Shown here: positions 24,212 to 37,944 of the stretch, piece by piece | Layout of the letters: the number at the start of each line of letters is the position of its first letter | How positions within the stretch are numbered: position 1 is the stretch's first letter | Source: Eledone cirrhosa | Lineage: Eukaryota | NCBI GenBank assembly: GCA_964016885.1 | Contig: OZ024741.1 | Coordinates: forward strand, 156,302,001 to 156,366,000 | DNA: 64,000 nucleotides | Direction of reading: 5' to 3' | Program-made: the position numbers and the translations under genes | Notes under the pieces: model-generated | Told to the model about the DNA's origin: nothing | Databases searched by the model: none | The model's input: only the letters and a program-made list of their open reading frames with translations

Positions 24212-26213
24212 GGAGGTGAGTTTTATTGTAGTACAATAAACCAATGCAGATATCGGATAAGTAGCACTCTACAGTTTGTAGGACTGGAGTATAAATAATA
24301 ATATATAAGATCAAAAGATGGTTAAAAGAGTTCCATGTATTTTATTATGCGCATTTCAAAAACAAATATCATCATGCAATAACATTTGCGTTTTCGTCAG
24401 ATAAAATAGGGAGACATGATATGAAGGTTAAAACACACTTGTGAATAGTGCAGTTTTAAATCAACATATGAAAAGTAGTTTTAGATTGATGTGTGATATT
24501 GGGAAAAAAATTGAGGGGGGAGGTTGGAAAGGATGAAAAAGAGGAGGAGATGAGAGTAAAAAGTGGAGGGGTAGGAGTATAATGAGGAAGGATGAGATAT
24601 GAGGAGAGATGGGTGATAGAGAGAGAGAGATAGCTTTTATAACTGAGAAAAATATATTGTTTTACATAGAGAGGTTGAAAAACCGTTGGAAGATAATATA
24701 TAAATTAAAAGAATTTGAAAATGAACGAAGAGAAAAATTTTAGAATAATGTTAAATTAAGGTTTGTATATTTAAGGGTTTAATAATATGTGCGATGAAAG
24801 GAAATTGTTAATATGTATTAAGAATAATATTTAAGGGTTTAATAATATGTGCGATGGAAAGAAATTGTTGATATGTGTTATTAAAAAATATAAAAATATA
24901 GCAATAGTAATGTAATTAAGGATATATTGTGAAAGAACTAGAAGAGTGGATGAATAAGTGTATTATGTATAAGTTAGATGAGCATGAAAGGGAGAAAAAA
25001 ATAATGAATTGAGGATGAATAATCTAACGTGAAAAAAATGTTTATGTTTACGAAGGATTTTTTCAAGGTGATATAAAGTAAGAATATATTGTGCTGAGTA
25101 ATAATTGTTTCTACGTTATGCACAATGATAATTGAGAAGTATCTAGGAAGAAAAGGTACAGATTAGGGGTTAGAAATTAAAAGAAAAAGAAAAAAGAAAA
25201 TAAAAAAGGAAAAAGAATGAAAGGGAAGTGATAAATAGGAGTGATATAGAATGAGTAACTAGTATTATATAATGTATAATAAATAACATTGAAATAAGGT
25301 AGAAAGATGGGTATATTTTTAAAGAAATATATATGTATATATATATGTGTGCCTTTGAGAAAAGGATTTTAAATTGATAAAGTATTAGATATTAGCTGTA
25401 TACTTTATGGAATGTTCTGTGGAATTTATGCAAGCAGAGAGAAAACAAGTCAGTGCGTCTATTTATTATAGAATCTAAATTAGATATAATGGTAAATTTT
25501 TCACATAAACAGAGATTGCATGTCTTTGATAGAGAACTATTCAAGTATGGAGAAGCAGAACAAACCTTCTTCCAAGAGATGTTATAGTTAATATTTTTGT
25601 CTTTCAAGGACCATATGAGTTCTGAGAGTGCCGTGTTGGTTCTTTTAAGTTGGTATTTAAAAGACGAATGATGCTTATAAAGACGAGCTTTAAAGGAGAT
25701 GGAAGTGGAGCCAAAATAGGTAAAGGAATTGGTGTCAGTTATAACTTTACATTCGTAGATTAAGTTTTTTTCAAGACAATGGTTGTTCAGAGGACATTTA
25801 TTTTTAACAGGGCAATTGCAATTGCGATTAGAGAGATTAACAGAGTTATTAACAAGTGACCTAGTGTTATCTATAGAAGGGATTGGATTGGAAAAGTTAT
25901 TTACGATAGGAATACTAGTTTCTTGATTTAGAATGGGATTAAGAACATTTAGCGAAGTTGCGTTTGACGTTGTATTTGGGTTTGCAGAAATTAGCCTAGA
26001 GTTAACAATGACGTCGGGGTACTATTACTATTATTATGATATTCAGTGTTAGAAGGAAGAGATTTAGTATTTAGTATTTTATTGTTGTGTTTAGAGATAA
26101 TGTTGGAGAAGATGGAGGAGGTCGAATAGGAAAATGTTATAGTGTCTTTGTTAAATATTTTACTATAGATATGTGAGGGAGGGAAGCATTTATTTAAGGT
26201 ACTAAAGAATAAT
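24208..26213 (-). mobile_element. PLE 3' portion (linker, GIY-YIG, 3' UTR, HHR at 24338-24408)
   Basis: Minus translation CNCPVKNKCPLNNHCLEKNLIYECKV..TYFGSTS..CNLCLCEK. Confidence 0.85.
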
Positions 26214-26293
26214 TTCTTACTTTTCCAGCCTCATTTTCATATAGAATATATTTGTTTTTAAAATCCAATGTCAATAAATACACCAGGGTTTTT

Positions 26294-26352
26294 TTCATTC
26301 TGATGATTGAAAGCAAAATTTGTTTGCTTTCAAGAAACCACTGGTAAATGAA
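26294..26352 (+). ncRNA. Intact type I hammerhead ribozyme (family E)
   Basis: ttcatt-CTGATGA-ttgaaagcaaa/tttgctttcaa-GAAA-ccactgGTA-aatgaa. Confidence 0.9.
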
Positions 26353-26462
26353 ATAATTGCCTTATGTTGGTTATTGCATAACTATTAAGCTCTGTAACCT
26401 ACATAGAGCATTCTTTTTTCCTGGACCTTTCCTACGGAATTACTTCATATATATATATATAT

Positions 26463-27075
26463 AATTTAGTGTGCATGTTTGTTTACGTAAAAGTAAATTT
26501 TAGGCCTTAGATGTTTTTAGTTTTTATACTAGCTCATTATTTTTTTCATAGCTAATTATTTTTATTTTTTTATTTTCGATTATTTTATTTTCTACTCTGT
26601 CTGTCCCTCCAAAATATATATTTTCCACATCTCCTCTATTAGTCCGGTTACCTTTTAATCACAGTGGATAGCAGTATAAATATTTTTACTGCAAGATGCA
26701 GCAACTTTATCTCGAACTTTAAAATCTTTCTGATGAAATACAGTAGTTAACGTATTGCTAGTGAATGGGCATAATAATAATATTTGCTTCTACTTTAGGC
26801 ACAAGGCCAGCAATTACCCAGTACAATACTCGACCCCGTAAGGATAAAAGGCAAAGTCAACCCAGGCGGGATTTGAACTCAGATCGTAAAGGGACGTAAC
26901 TATGCTGGAAAGAATGGCGTCCGACCCTCTACCGACCCTCTAATAATAATATTAATATGCAACCAGCACTCGTAGACTTATATTGTATTGAAACATGTGT
27001 CAAAGAATGAATTTATGATAAAATTCTTCACTTCTTTTCTATACTTTATGCCTACTCTTTGTTTTTCCTATACAT
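26463..27075. repeat. Right arm of the long-range inverted repeat, with a SINE at 26783-26940 (-)
   Basis: Inverse of 16173-16646. Confidence 0.85.
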
Positions 27076-27282
27076 TTAAAAATATTATTACTCCGTGATC
27101 TTCCACCTGGATGGTATTATTTGATCCCTCTTTTGGGACCTTTACTGTAACCTATACAAGGACCATGTTGAGAAAAATACTTTGGTAAGCAATTTTACTT
27201 GTTTTATTTTTGTTTGTACACTTATCTACACAAACAAATTTTATTCGTACATATATTCATATATATATATATATATTACAGG

Positions 27283-28607
27283 GCACCGACGCTTGTCCAA
27301 AGTTCTTCATAAAATTCTTCTGTTCACCGTGCTAGAAGCTTTGGTGGGATCAACAAATACTTGGTACAAATCGACACCTCTTTCTCTAGCAATTGCTTGG
27401 AAGAAAAGGTCCTTAAGCGGTACCACGTCCCTCAAGGAAACCAGATTGGAAATCCGGAAGACCATCTTTGACAATATGCTTAGTCACCAATTCAACAATA
27501 TCCTGCACAAAATCTTCGCTATTACATAGATCAAAATTATGCCTCAATAGTAGCCACAATCGTCTTTCTCCTTACATAAGACAACTATCAGAGCATCTTG
27601 GCAATTAGGGGGAACAGATTCATTGTTCCAGATGTCCCGTATCATGCCATGACTTTGTTTCTGTAGGTTCTCACCTCCAGATTTCAAAAATTCTGCATTA
27701 ATTCCACTGCATTATCTCTACTTCCACAAATGAAGGAACGTTGGCCTGGGTTGTCAGAAAGGCTGTTTATAGAATCCTCACCAATATTCGATGGCAGATT
27801 AAAAAGAGCATCAAAGTGTTACTGCTCCTTCTTAGGATACCTGGTGGATCTCGAACGAGCGCATTTCCGTCCTTGTTGCGATCAGGGAAGGAGCTGGTCA
27901 GTAAACCTCACGCAAATGTGTCTCAGAAAGCTTGCTGGAACTGACTGGAGACACATAGGATCCCTCGTTCTGAAAACAACAGGTTGTGATGGAGTGGTCA
28001 CATGGTGCTCATGGATAAAAGCCGGCTTTCTAAAAGGATGTTATATGTAGAACTGGCCAGTGAAAAGCGACCACCTCATAAACCCGGGAAGAGATATAAG
28101 GACTGTTTTCAAGAGTCACTTATACGTATTAACATCAATATTGCAACGTGTTAAACTGAAGCCTTTGTTAGAAATAAATGGAGAAATATGGCCTATAAAG
28201 GGAAAATTGTTTTTGAGACATCTAGAATAGAACATGAGATTTAGCCCCCAAACTGGTAATGTCCATGATTTAAAATGCAATATCTGTTACAGATTCTGCT
28301 GGTAAAAAGTGTCATGAATATAGTGCTCCTGCCGATTACCAAATCACCATGATTGGAAATATAGTATATATATGCAGAAACTTTGGCAAAGAACTTAAGT
28401 CTGCTGGTGGACTAAAAAGGCACATTAAAGTGCATAATGAGCCTCAAGAAGTCAATAATGTGATATTGAGAGCATTGAAAGCATGTCATCTCTGCAAAAC
28501 ACTGTAAGTCATTTGCAGGCCAAAAGGCCATATCCGTTCGCAGCACCCATAGGGTCGAAGCTTATGTTTGATAACCATACCCAATCACGGGGTGAGTGCC
28601 ATCATAT
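27283..28607. mobile_element. Degenerate RTE-clade LINE with 5' inversion
   Basis: 27283-27720 on minus gives RT-like SGINAEFLKSGG..DIWNNESVP..IAKIL; 27725-28607 on plus gives a C-terminus with C2H2 remnants (KSAGGLKRHIKVH); (TA)n flanks. Confidence 0.7.
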
Positions 28608-28617
28608 ATATAAATAA

Positions 28618-28701
<84 letters not shown>

Positions 28702-28862
28702 TTAAGGATACTATTTATGGTTATGTATATACTAAAACCTTTTATAGTAATATATATTTTAAACCCTAAACAGTGAAAGACAGTAATTTATTACTACCTT
28801 ATTACCAGTAAGATAAATAGCTCAATGTAATAACATCAGTTGTTCTACATAGCAGTTATATA

Positions 28863-30090
<1,228 letters not shown>

Positions 30091-30137
30091 ATCTAACAAT
30101 TTGTCATGTTTATTATTATCATTATTAATACATATAT

Positions 30138-30330
30138 AGGGCGGTGGATTGGCAGTATCGGTAGAGGGTCGGACGCCATGCTTTCCAGCATAGTTACGTC
30201 CCTTTATGATCTGAGTTCAAATCCCGCCGAGGTTGACTTTGCCTTTCATCCTTACGGGGTCGATAAAATAAAGTACCAGTAATGCACTGGATAATTGCTG
30301 GCCTTGTGCCTAAAGTAGAAACAATTATTA
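30138..30330 (+). mobile_element. tRNA-derived SINE, full length, 18-bp TSD
   Basis: attattaatacatatata on both sides. Confidence 0.9.
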
Positions 30331-31959
30331 ATACATATATATATATATTTGTATAAGTATGTTTGGAAGTCTGCACAATCAGAAACTGCGTAGCTTTGTG
30401 GCCACAGTCTTCAGCCGTTTTTTGTGTCCTTAAGTAAAACGGTTTATTTCATATTGCTCTAGTTCTCTGAGCAGGCGAACTGAGTTCTACCAGTAATTTA
30501 AAAGGCCATTTCATGATAATTTTGTGAGAAAGTTGTTCCGCGATTCACAACACTGGAACAATCAAAGCATTATAAAAAAAGCTTATGGTGAAAGCATGGA
30601 GTGATGGGCAGCCTCAACTAATCTTTAGCAAGGACATTGCAGATAACTAATATACGTTAAATACATGGCGTTGGTATGACTGTGTGGTTAAGAACATCGC
30701 TTCGCAACCGTAATTCTGGGTATATTATACGGCGCTAGTGATTTATTTTTAAGGCATGCTCCAAAATAGTCAAATGACTGAAACCAGTAAAGAAAGTTCA
30801 TAATAATACTACATGTGTGTATATTTATTTATATAAATATGTGTCTGTAACTCATTAAAATGTACTCATACAAACCAATATCCACACACAATGCATTTCT
30901 TATCTCAGTTGTGTCCTTTGATATAACGTTCGCTTTCTAATAATATTTGTCCTTGTAAATAGTTATTTCTCCAAAATTACTCATATATTTAATGCTGTAT
31001 GTCATATGCTGAACATTTATGCAATTAAATCATAGATATAGATTATTAAAATATCATTATCTTTAATCGCCACCATATGTCAATAATCAGCAAATTTCCC
31101 AGTTTGTATTATTATTTATATATCCAGTAATCCTCATGTAATGGCACACCAATCCTAGACTCCAGAAATTAAACATGCTCAACGCTCTTGTCATTATTGA
31201 CGGAGCTAGTCTACTAGTATTTTTAGAGAAGTGATAGAAATAAATTCAAACAGCCTTTATATTGTGGCATTCCACAGATGAGAATTTAAAACAAAATAGC
31301 GTATTTCTTTCCATTATATAAATTTTTCACATTCACACACTTGGTACCTCCCCACCTCCATCACACACACATTTTCTCCCTCTCCCTAAGCCCCTATTAT
31401 ACTTCCAGGATATCTCCCACACACTCTTATTTTCCTTTTATCTGCTTCTGATTTGTCATTTCCCTCTTATTTTCTGCATCTCTTTTAGTTTCTCTTCCCA
31501 CTTTTTAACCTCTACACCTCCTTCCTTTCTCTCCAAATACCTTTCTTTTCTTTCATGTTTGCAATTTTACACTCATTTCTACCCCTCCTTCTCTAAACTT
31601 CTCGTCCTCTACACTACGCCCCCTATTAGTTTTTTCTCTTAGATTATATCTTCTCAGTACTCCCCTAATTTCTATCTTTATCTGAATGCTGCACTCTCTT
31701 ACGTTCCCCTTTACTAAGAAAGTATAAGCAATTAAGAGACAGAATCCCCATCTAAGTGTACTTGAAATGTGATGAAAAAAACGCCCTCTCGTTGCCAAAT
31801 TTCTAATAAAATATACTGCCTATGGTTTTCAAATAATTTGAAAATAATCATGAATTTGGGGAAATTGAGCAATTTAGAATTTTCTCATTAATGCAGTGCT
31901 TAGAACATAACTTAACAAACGTTAAGTAGACTCTTAATAATCATGAAACATAATCACAG

Positions 31960-32230
31960 TTTCGATCGCACTGTGTGGCATCTTGCGCTAATCTCATGTA
32001 CCATAGCTTCGGGTCAAAGCAAGACTTTGAGTGAAATTAATTTGGCGGAAACTGCATAGAAACCCGTCAGATGGACTGTACTTGTAATTCAAAGTGCCAG
32101 CCTTGTCACATACCATGTCATCCCCAATCTCCCTGAGAATTTCGTTAACTCTACACGTGTCTGTGGAATGTTCAACCACTTACTCGTTAATCCATGATCT
32201 GGTTGTTCCATTGATTAAATAACTAGAATA
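31960..32230 (+). mobile_element. Older SINE of a second family
   Basis: Similar to 56755-57045 and 41455-41612 (ttgtgagtg(a/g)aattt..ggaaactg..agatggactgtac). Confidence 0.55.
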
Positions 32231-33789
32231 CAACCGTATTTTAAATATTGTATTTAGAACACTTCTTCGGGGAACAATTCGCCCTCAGCCGTATTGTTAG
32301 AATCAAATTAGTATTTCTGATATTTAGTCCATTGAAGCTCTGAAAGTTGAATCAGAACAGATTTTCTCCATTTTTTCTCATTTGTTGAAGCAGCCATGAA
32401 ATTAATTGAATTTTTCATATATATTGTTTAGATGATTAGATTTGTGCGCATTTACAATACTCATTCTGGCGTTGAATTATCCTAATAGAAGATAAATGAC
32501 ACCTAAAACTATTAAATGTAATAAAATGAATCAGATGTAATCAAATAAAAGCTGAATTGTACTAAATTTCAATCGCATAATGTAATAGATAACATATCAC
32601 ACATTTCATTCATCTTATTGATATCTTTTCGAGGAGCAGACGCCTGAAACTACGAGGTGGATGTACGCATCTTTCGGTTCTTCTCTTTTTTACGATCGTT
32701 TATGAAAAGGCATGGATCTTGATAGACGGATGGGTGATAAGTCAGGGGTGTTGGACGTGAGCAACAATAAGCAAGAGAGTTCCTTCAGACTAGTAGTCAT
32801 GCATATACCGTCAGATGGATTTCATCAGGCGATGTAAGACAACGTGGGACCACGAACCCACCGCTCGTTAATAATGCTAGTCATGGTAAGGAACTGAAAT
32901 GATAACCTGAAATTATGTGGCAGTACACAATGAGAGACAGGAGTGTAGAAGTTTTGAAAACGTACGCATGTTTTTTCCAATTTCTGACAAGTACCAACTG
33001 GATTTCCAAAATGTGCCAATGTTGACATAAACATGCGTATCGTATCTAGATAGAGATGCGATTAGAGGAACTAACAATGTAAGGTTTGTCGAAGGTAGCA
33101 GACCCATTGCTTCCATTATGTATTACAGTCATTAGGGCAATATTTTGACAAAGTCTTTTGAGTGTCGGACAAATGTTTAGCAATATTTATTCCAGCTGAT
33201 TATTTTCTAAGTTGAAATGCTCCCGAAGTCGACTTTCCCTGTCATCCTTCAGGAGTAGATGAAATAAAGTTCCAATCAAAGACTATGGTCGATATAATCC
33301 ACATTTTGCTTTCTTCTATTTATTACAGCCGACTAATTTCTTTTGCATCGGTTTTCATTTGACCATTCAGGAACGTCTGCCATTTGGCTTCCTGTGAAAA
33401 GGACGTGATGCTCTCGTTAAAAGATCTATCTGCGTTCACATCCTTCGTGGAGGGTTCCTATATTGCAGGTGGCGATTTATAGATATGTGATGAGGCCCGG
33501 GCATCTAGAGATATTCCTAAAATGTCAGATCTCGTCGCCCTTTTTTGAAGCATGTTTCCGTGCAGTCCGTCTCTTTTAAGGAGCTGTTCTCCTGAGTCAA
33601 GTGAAAACTAATTTTTAACGCCTGTTACCTGTAATACTGTTATTATACACATCATGAGGCCTTTTCAAGGCAACAGTTTATGACTGGATGCGGTTTCTAA
33701 TGCCAACTATTTCAGTTGTCTCTTATGATTAACAGAGTTACGGCGTCCTTCTTCTAAACAAGTGGATGAGTGGACTATCGTTGAAAAAG

Positions 33790-34100
33790 AGGAAGACATA
33801 CAATAAATTGCAGTGGATAATGGAAATAGAGTTGGTGATGAATATTGTGAAGAGAAATGGGATGAGATGGTTGGGTCATGTGTTGAGGAAGGTTGAAAGT
33901 GACTGAGTGCGAGGAGTGATCAAAATGAATGTAGAATGTGGTGTAAGAAAGAGAATACTAAGATAGATGATGATGGAGGAGGAAATGAAAGACAGTGGTT
34001 CGATGAGGGGGCGTGCAGACAATAAAGAAAATTGGAGAAGCTTGTAATGGGGCCCATAAGACTATCCCTGTTTTATCAGGCAAATAGCCTTAAAACGCGT
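33790..34100 (+). mobile_element. Old RTE-like LINE 3' fragment
   Basis: MRWLGHVLRKVESD motif. Confidence 0.5.
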
Positions 34101-34502
34101 GTTGTTTGGGGCCTGTAATATTGTGAGTTGCGCACAGTTGTTTTGCATCGACGAAGCCACGTAGTCTCTGGTACATCAACCAATGTATTCTATACAGGAT
34201 TAACGATGGTCAATAGTGACGGCGTTTGTAGCGAGAATTAGACCTCGGTGAAGATCAAATGTGGGGACTATTTCGGAGTTAATTCTTCAGAAAATTATGA
34301 GCAACTTCCAGAAATTTACTGCATGCGAGTGCTAATGGGAGTAAGGTAGCAGACTGATGCTTCTAGATAAACATCGCCAGTCGGGCCTGTTCAGGATACA
34401 CTGAACAAACCGTTACTATTATATCTTTAAGAACTTTGATTGAATATGAATAGGATGCCGCGATGATGACAATGACAACGACAACGGCGATATAATTATG
34501 AT

Positions 34503-34663
34503 GACGACGACGATTATAATGGCGACAAATTTAGGGTGATGATGGTACTAGGGGATTTGGAGAGGATGTTCATGTTGGTGATGTGATGACGACGATTATA
34601 ATGGCGACAAATTTAGGGTGATGATGGTACTAGGGGATTTGGAGAGGATGTTCATGTTGGTGA
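34503..34663. repeat. Tandem duplication of about 80 bp
   Basis: gacgacgattataatggcg...catgttggtgat occurs twice. Confidence 0.9.
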
Positions 34664-34694
34664 TAGCGAAACGTTTAGTTTTACGGGAATTAGA

Positions 34695-35150
34695 TTTGTG
34701 TCTGTGACTGCATGACCTTATCTGCGTAAGCGTCAGTGTCTGTATCTGTCTCTATGATTGCGTCTGGGTCGCTGACTGCGTCTTAGTGCCTGACTATGTA
34801 TGTGCCTGTGTGTGTCTGCGTCAGTTATCTGAATATGTGTATTTGTATCTGTGTTTGTGTCTCTATCTGTATGTCTGTCTGTCTGTGTGCCTGAGTCTGT
34901 GTGTATGTCTGTGTCTGTGTGTCTGTGTCTGTCTCTACCAGTATCTGTGTTTGCGTGTCTCTATCTGTCTGTCTGTGTGCCTAAGTCTGTTTGTATGTCT
35001 GTGTCTATGTGTCTGTGTCTATGTGTCTGTGTCTGTCTCTACCAGTATCTGTGTTTGCGTGTCTATGCCTGTTCCTGTACGTCTGTCTCTGGGCCTGTAC
35101 CTCTGAATCTGCGACAGCACCCGTGTGTCTATATCCGTGACTGTCTGTGT
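34695..35150. repeat. (TGTC)-type low-complexity repeat
   Basis: Recurrent tgtctg/tatctg units. Confidence 0.8.
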
Positions 35151-35459
35151 CGATGTAGGTTTATGTACGTGTTTTTTCATGTGTGTGAATGTATGTGTTT
35201 GTGTATAAGCGCGCATGCGCATGTAATCCGAGTTGATTAGTTGATTAAACAGAATTAGTATAAAGCTACAATCTACGTCGTCCAGTTATTATCCAGAACA
35301 TAATAGTCTAATATGGCAGGACTTTTATTTCCGAAGTTTAATTAAATTTTATTACTGTTTGGTCAATAAAGATTGCGAGAAGTATTTCAGGATTTTGATT
35401 TAGTGTTGTGACCTAATGTGATTTCAAAACTATCCTGGATGTTTCTGGAATAATCTGAA

Positions 35460-35962
35460 GTGGTAGTGATGGAGGTGGTGGTGTTGGTGGTGGTGGTAGT
35501 AGTAGTAGTAGTAGTATTGGTGGTAGTGGTAGTCGTCTTAGTGTTAATGCTGGGTGGTGGTTGTGGTGGTGGTGGTGGTGATAGTGGTTGTAGTAGTGAT
35601 GTTGGGTGGTGGTGGTTGTGGTGGTGGTGGTGGTGGTGGTGATAGTGGTTGTAGTAGTGATGTTGGGTGGTGGTGGTGGTTGTGGTGGTGGTGGTGGTGG
35701 TGGTGGTGATAGTGGTTGTAGTAGTGATGTTGGGTGGTGGTGGTGGTGGTTGTGGTGGTGGTGGTGGTGGTGGTGGTGGTGGTGGTGGTGGTGGTGGTGA
35801 TAGTGGTTGTAGTAGTGATGTTGGGTGGGGGTGGGGTGGTGGTGGGGGTGATAGTGGTGGTGGCGGTAGTAGTAGTAGTATTGGTGGTAGTGGTAGGGGT
35901 ATTAGTGGTAATGTTGGGTGGTGGTGGTGGTGGTGGTGGTGATAGTGGTTGTAGTGGTGATG
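35460..35962. repeat. (GGT)n/(AGT)n compound minisatellite
   Basis: Repeating gatagtggttgtagtagtgatgttgg(gtg)n unit. Confidence 0.9.
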
Positions 35963-36091
35963 TTGCTGTTATTTCTACCATTGGTTTATTTTTTTATTGT
36001 GGATATTGTTCTCGTTGTTGTCGCTGTCTTAATATTATTGTTGTGGTAATTGTGTCATTGTTGTTGTTGTGGTCGTCGTTTTGGCTGTCGT

Positions 36092-37005
36092 TGGTGGATT
36101 GGCAGTATCGGTAGAGGGTCGGACGCCATGCTTTCCAGCATAGTTACGTCCCTTTACAATCTGAGTTCAAATCCCGCCGAGGTTCACTTTGCCTTTCATC
36201 CTTACGGGTCGATAAAATAAAGTACCAGTCATGCACTGGGTAATTTGCTGGCCTTGTCCCTAAAGTAGAAACAGTTATTATTATCGGTACCATAACCATT
36301 GAGGGTTATCCGAGACGTGGTTATTGCTAGTTGAAAAACTATTGTATAATATTATTTGTATTATTAGTAGTTCAAATCCAGCCGTATTGTTCAAATCCCA
36401 CCGAGGTTAACTTTACCTTTCATCCTTACGGGGTCGATAAAATAAAGTACCAGTAATGTACTGGGTATTTGCTGTCCTTGTGCCAAAAGTAGAAACAATT
36501 ATTAGTAGTTCAAATCCCTTTCATCCCTACGGGGTCGATATAATAAAGTACCAGTAACGAACTGAGATTGATTTAATCCCCCCCCCCGCCCCTCCTCCAA
36601 AATTGCAGGCCTTGTGCCTATATAAGAAACAATTATTAAAGGGCGGTGGATTGGCAGTATTGGTAGAGGGTCGGACGCCATGCTTTGCAGCAAAGAGTTA
36701 ATGCCCCTTATGGTCTGTGTTCAAATCCCGCCGAGGTTAACTTTGCCTTTCATCCTTACGGGGTCGATAAAATAAAGTACCAGTAATGTACTGTGCTAAT
36801 TGCTGTCCTTGTGCCAAAAGTAGAAACAACTATTATCGGCACCATAACCATTGAGGGTTATCCGAGGCGTGGTTATTCGCAGATGTTAACTTCGCCTTTC
36901 ATCCTACGGGGTTGATAAAATAAAGTATCAGTAATACACTAGGGTCGATTTAATGGACTCCCCCCCCCAATTGCTGGCTTGTGCCTAAAGTAGAAACAAT
37001 TATTG
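36092..37005 (+). mobile_element. Head-to-tail cluster of about 5 SINE copies
   Basis: Copies near 36092, 36368, 36507, 36639 and 36884. Confidence 0.85.
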
Positions 37006-37324
37006 TTGTGGCTGTCGATCTTCTTATTGTTGTCGTTGTGTGTGTGTGGGGGGTGGGGCTATCATTGTTACTATTGTTGTTGTCGTGGTGGTGATGGTGG
37101 TGGTGGCTGTGTCTGGCATTGTTACTGTTATTATTGTAATGGTTATGGTGGTAGTTGTGGCTGTCGTTGTTATTATTGTAGTTGTTGTGGTGGTGGTTGT
37201 GGCTGTCGTTGTTATTATTGTTGTAGTTGTGCTTGTTGTGGCTGTTATGGTGGTTGTGTCTGTCGTTGTTGTTGTGGTTTTGGTGCTTGTATCTGTCGTT
37301 CTTATTGTTGTACCAATTATGATT

Positions 37325-37534
37325 TGTAGTATAGGCACAAGGCCAGTAATTTGGGGGAGGAGAAAGTGGATTAAATCGACCCAGTGCATTACTGGTACTT
37401 TATTTTATCGACCCCGTAAGGATGAAAGGCAAAGTTAACCTCGGCGGGATTTGAACTCAGAACGTAAAGGGGCGTAACTCTATGCCGCGAAGCATGTTGT
37501 CCGACGTTCTACTGATACTACCGATCCGCTGCCC
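37325..37534 (-). mobile_element. tRNA-derived SINE
   Basis: Full reverse-complement copy. Confidence 0.85.
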
Positions 37535-37544
37535 TTTTGTTGTA

Positions 37545-37941
37545 CCAATAATGATCACGACATTTAGATAGTTTTACATACAATGTCCGTGGTCACAAGT
37601 ATGAAAAGACACTCTTACAGATGTAATGTGTCCGAACACAGAAGAGCCGAACTCCCCTCGTCATCGCCCCCACCTCTCACGCCCTCCCCATCTCTCTGTA
37701 TAGTGCGCAAAAGGCGTCCCACGTGCTGGCCGCCCTACAACCCCGGCGGACAGAATGGAGAAGGCGTTTCCCCGGAGGATGGTAAGGGAGATGCGCTGGA
37801 AGAGCCATTCGATCTAGCAAGGCTCACACCTGCGGCTGGCCAGCTCAGCGCCTATGGTGGGGAGTAGGGAGTTAGACCTAGGGTCAAGGACACCAGAAGT
37901 CTCCACTGCCAAGGACACGACCACAAACCTGTCGGACAGCG
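37545..37941 (-). mobile_element. CRE-like retrotransposon 3' end
   Basis: SLSDRFVVVSLAVETSGVLDP..., homologous to 2205-2460, plus putative 3' UTR. Confidence 0.7.
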
Positions 37942-37944
37942 ACT

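Noticed and set aside
26725-26775. CTGATGA...GAA motif (inverse copy near 16305-16350)
   Set aside because: GAAA is incomplete and there is no stem I
32630-33120. Higher-complexity stretch as a possible host exon
   Set aside because: No recognisable domain or sustained open frame
35460-37438. Gly/Val/Cys-rich ORFs resembling keratin-associated proteins
   Set aside because: Low-complexity trinucleotide repeats overlapping SINEs
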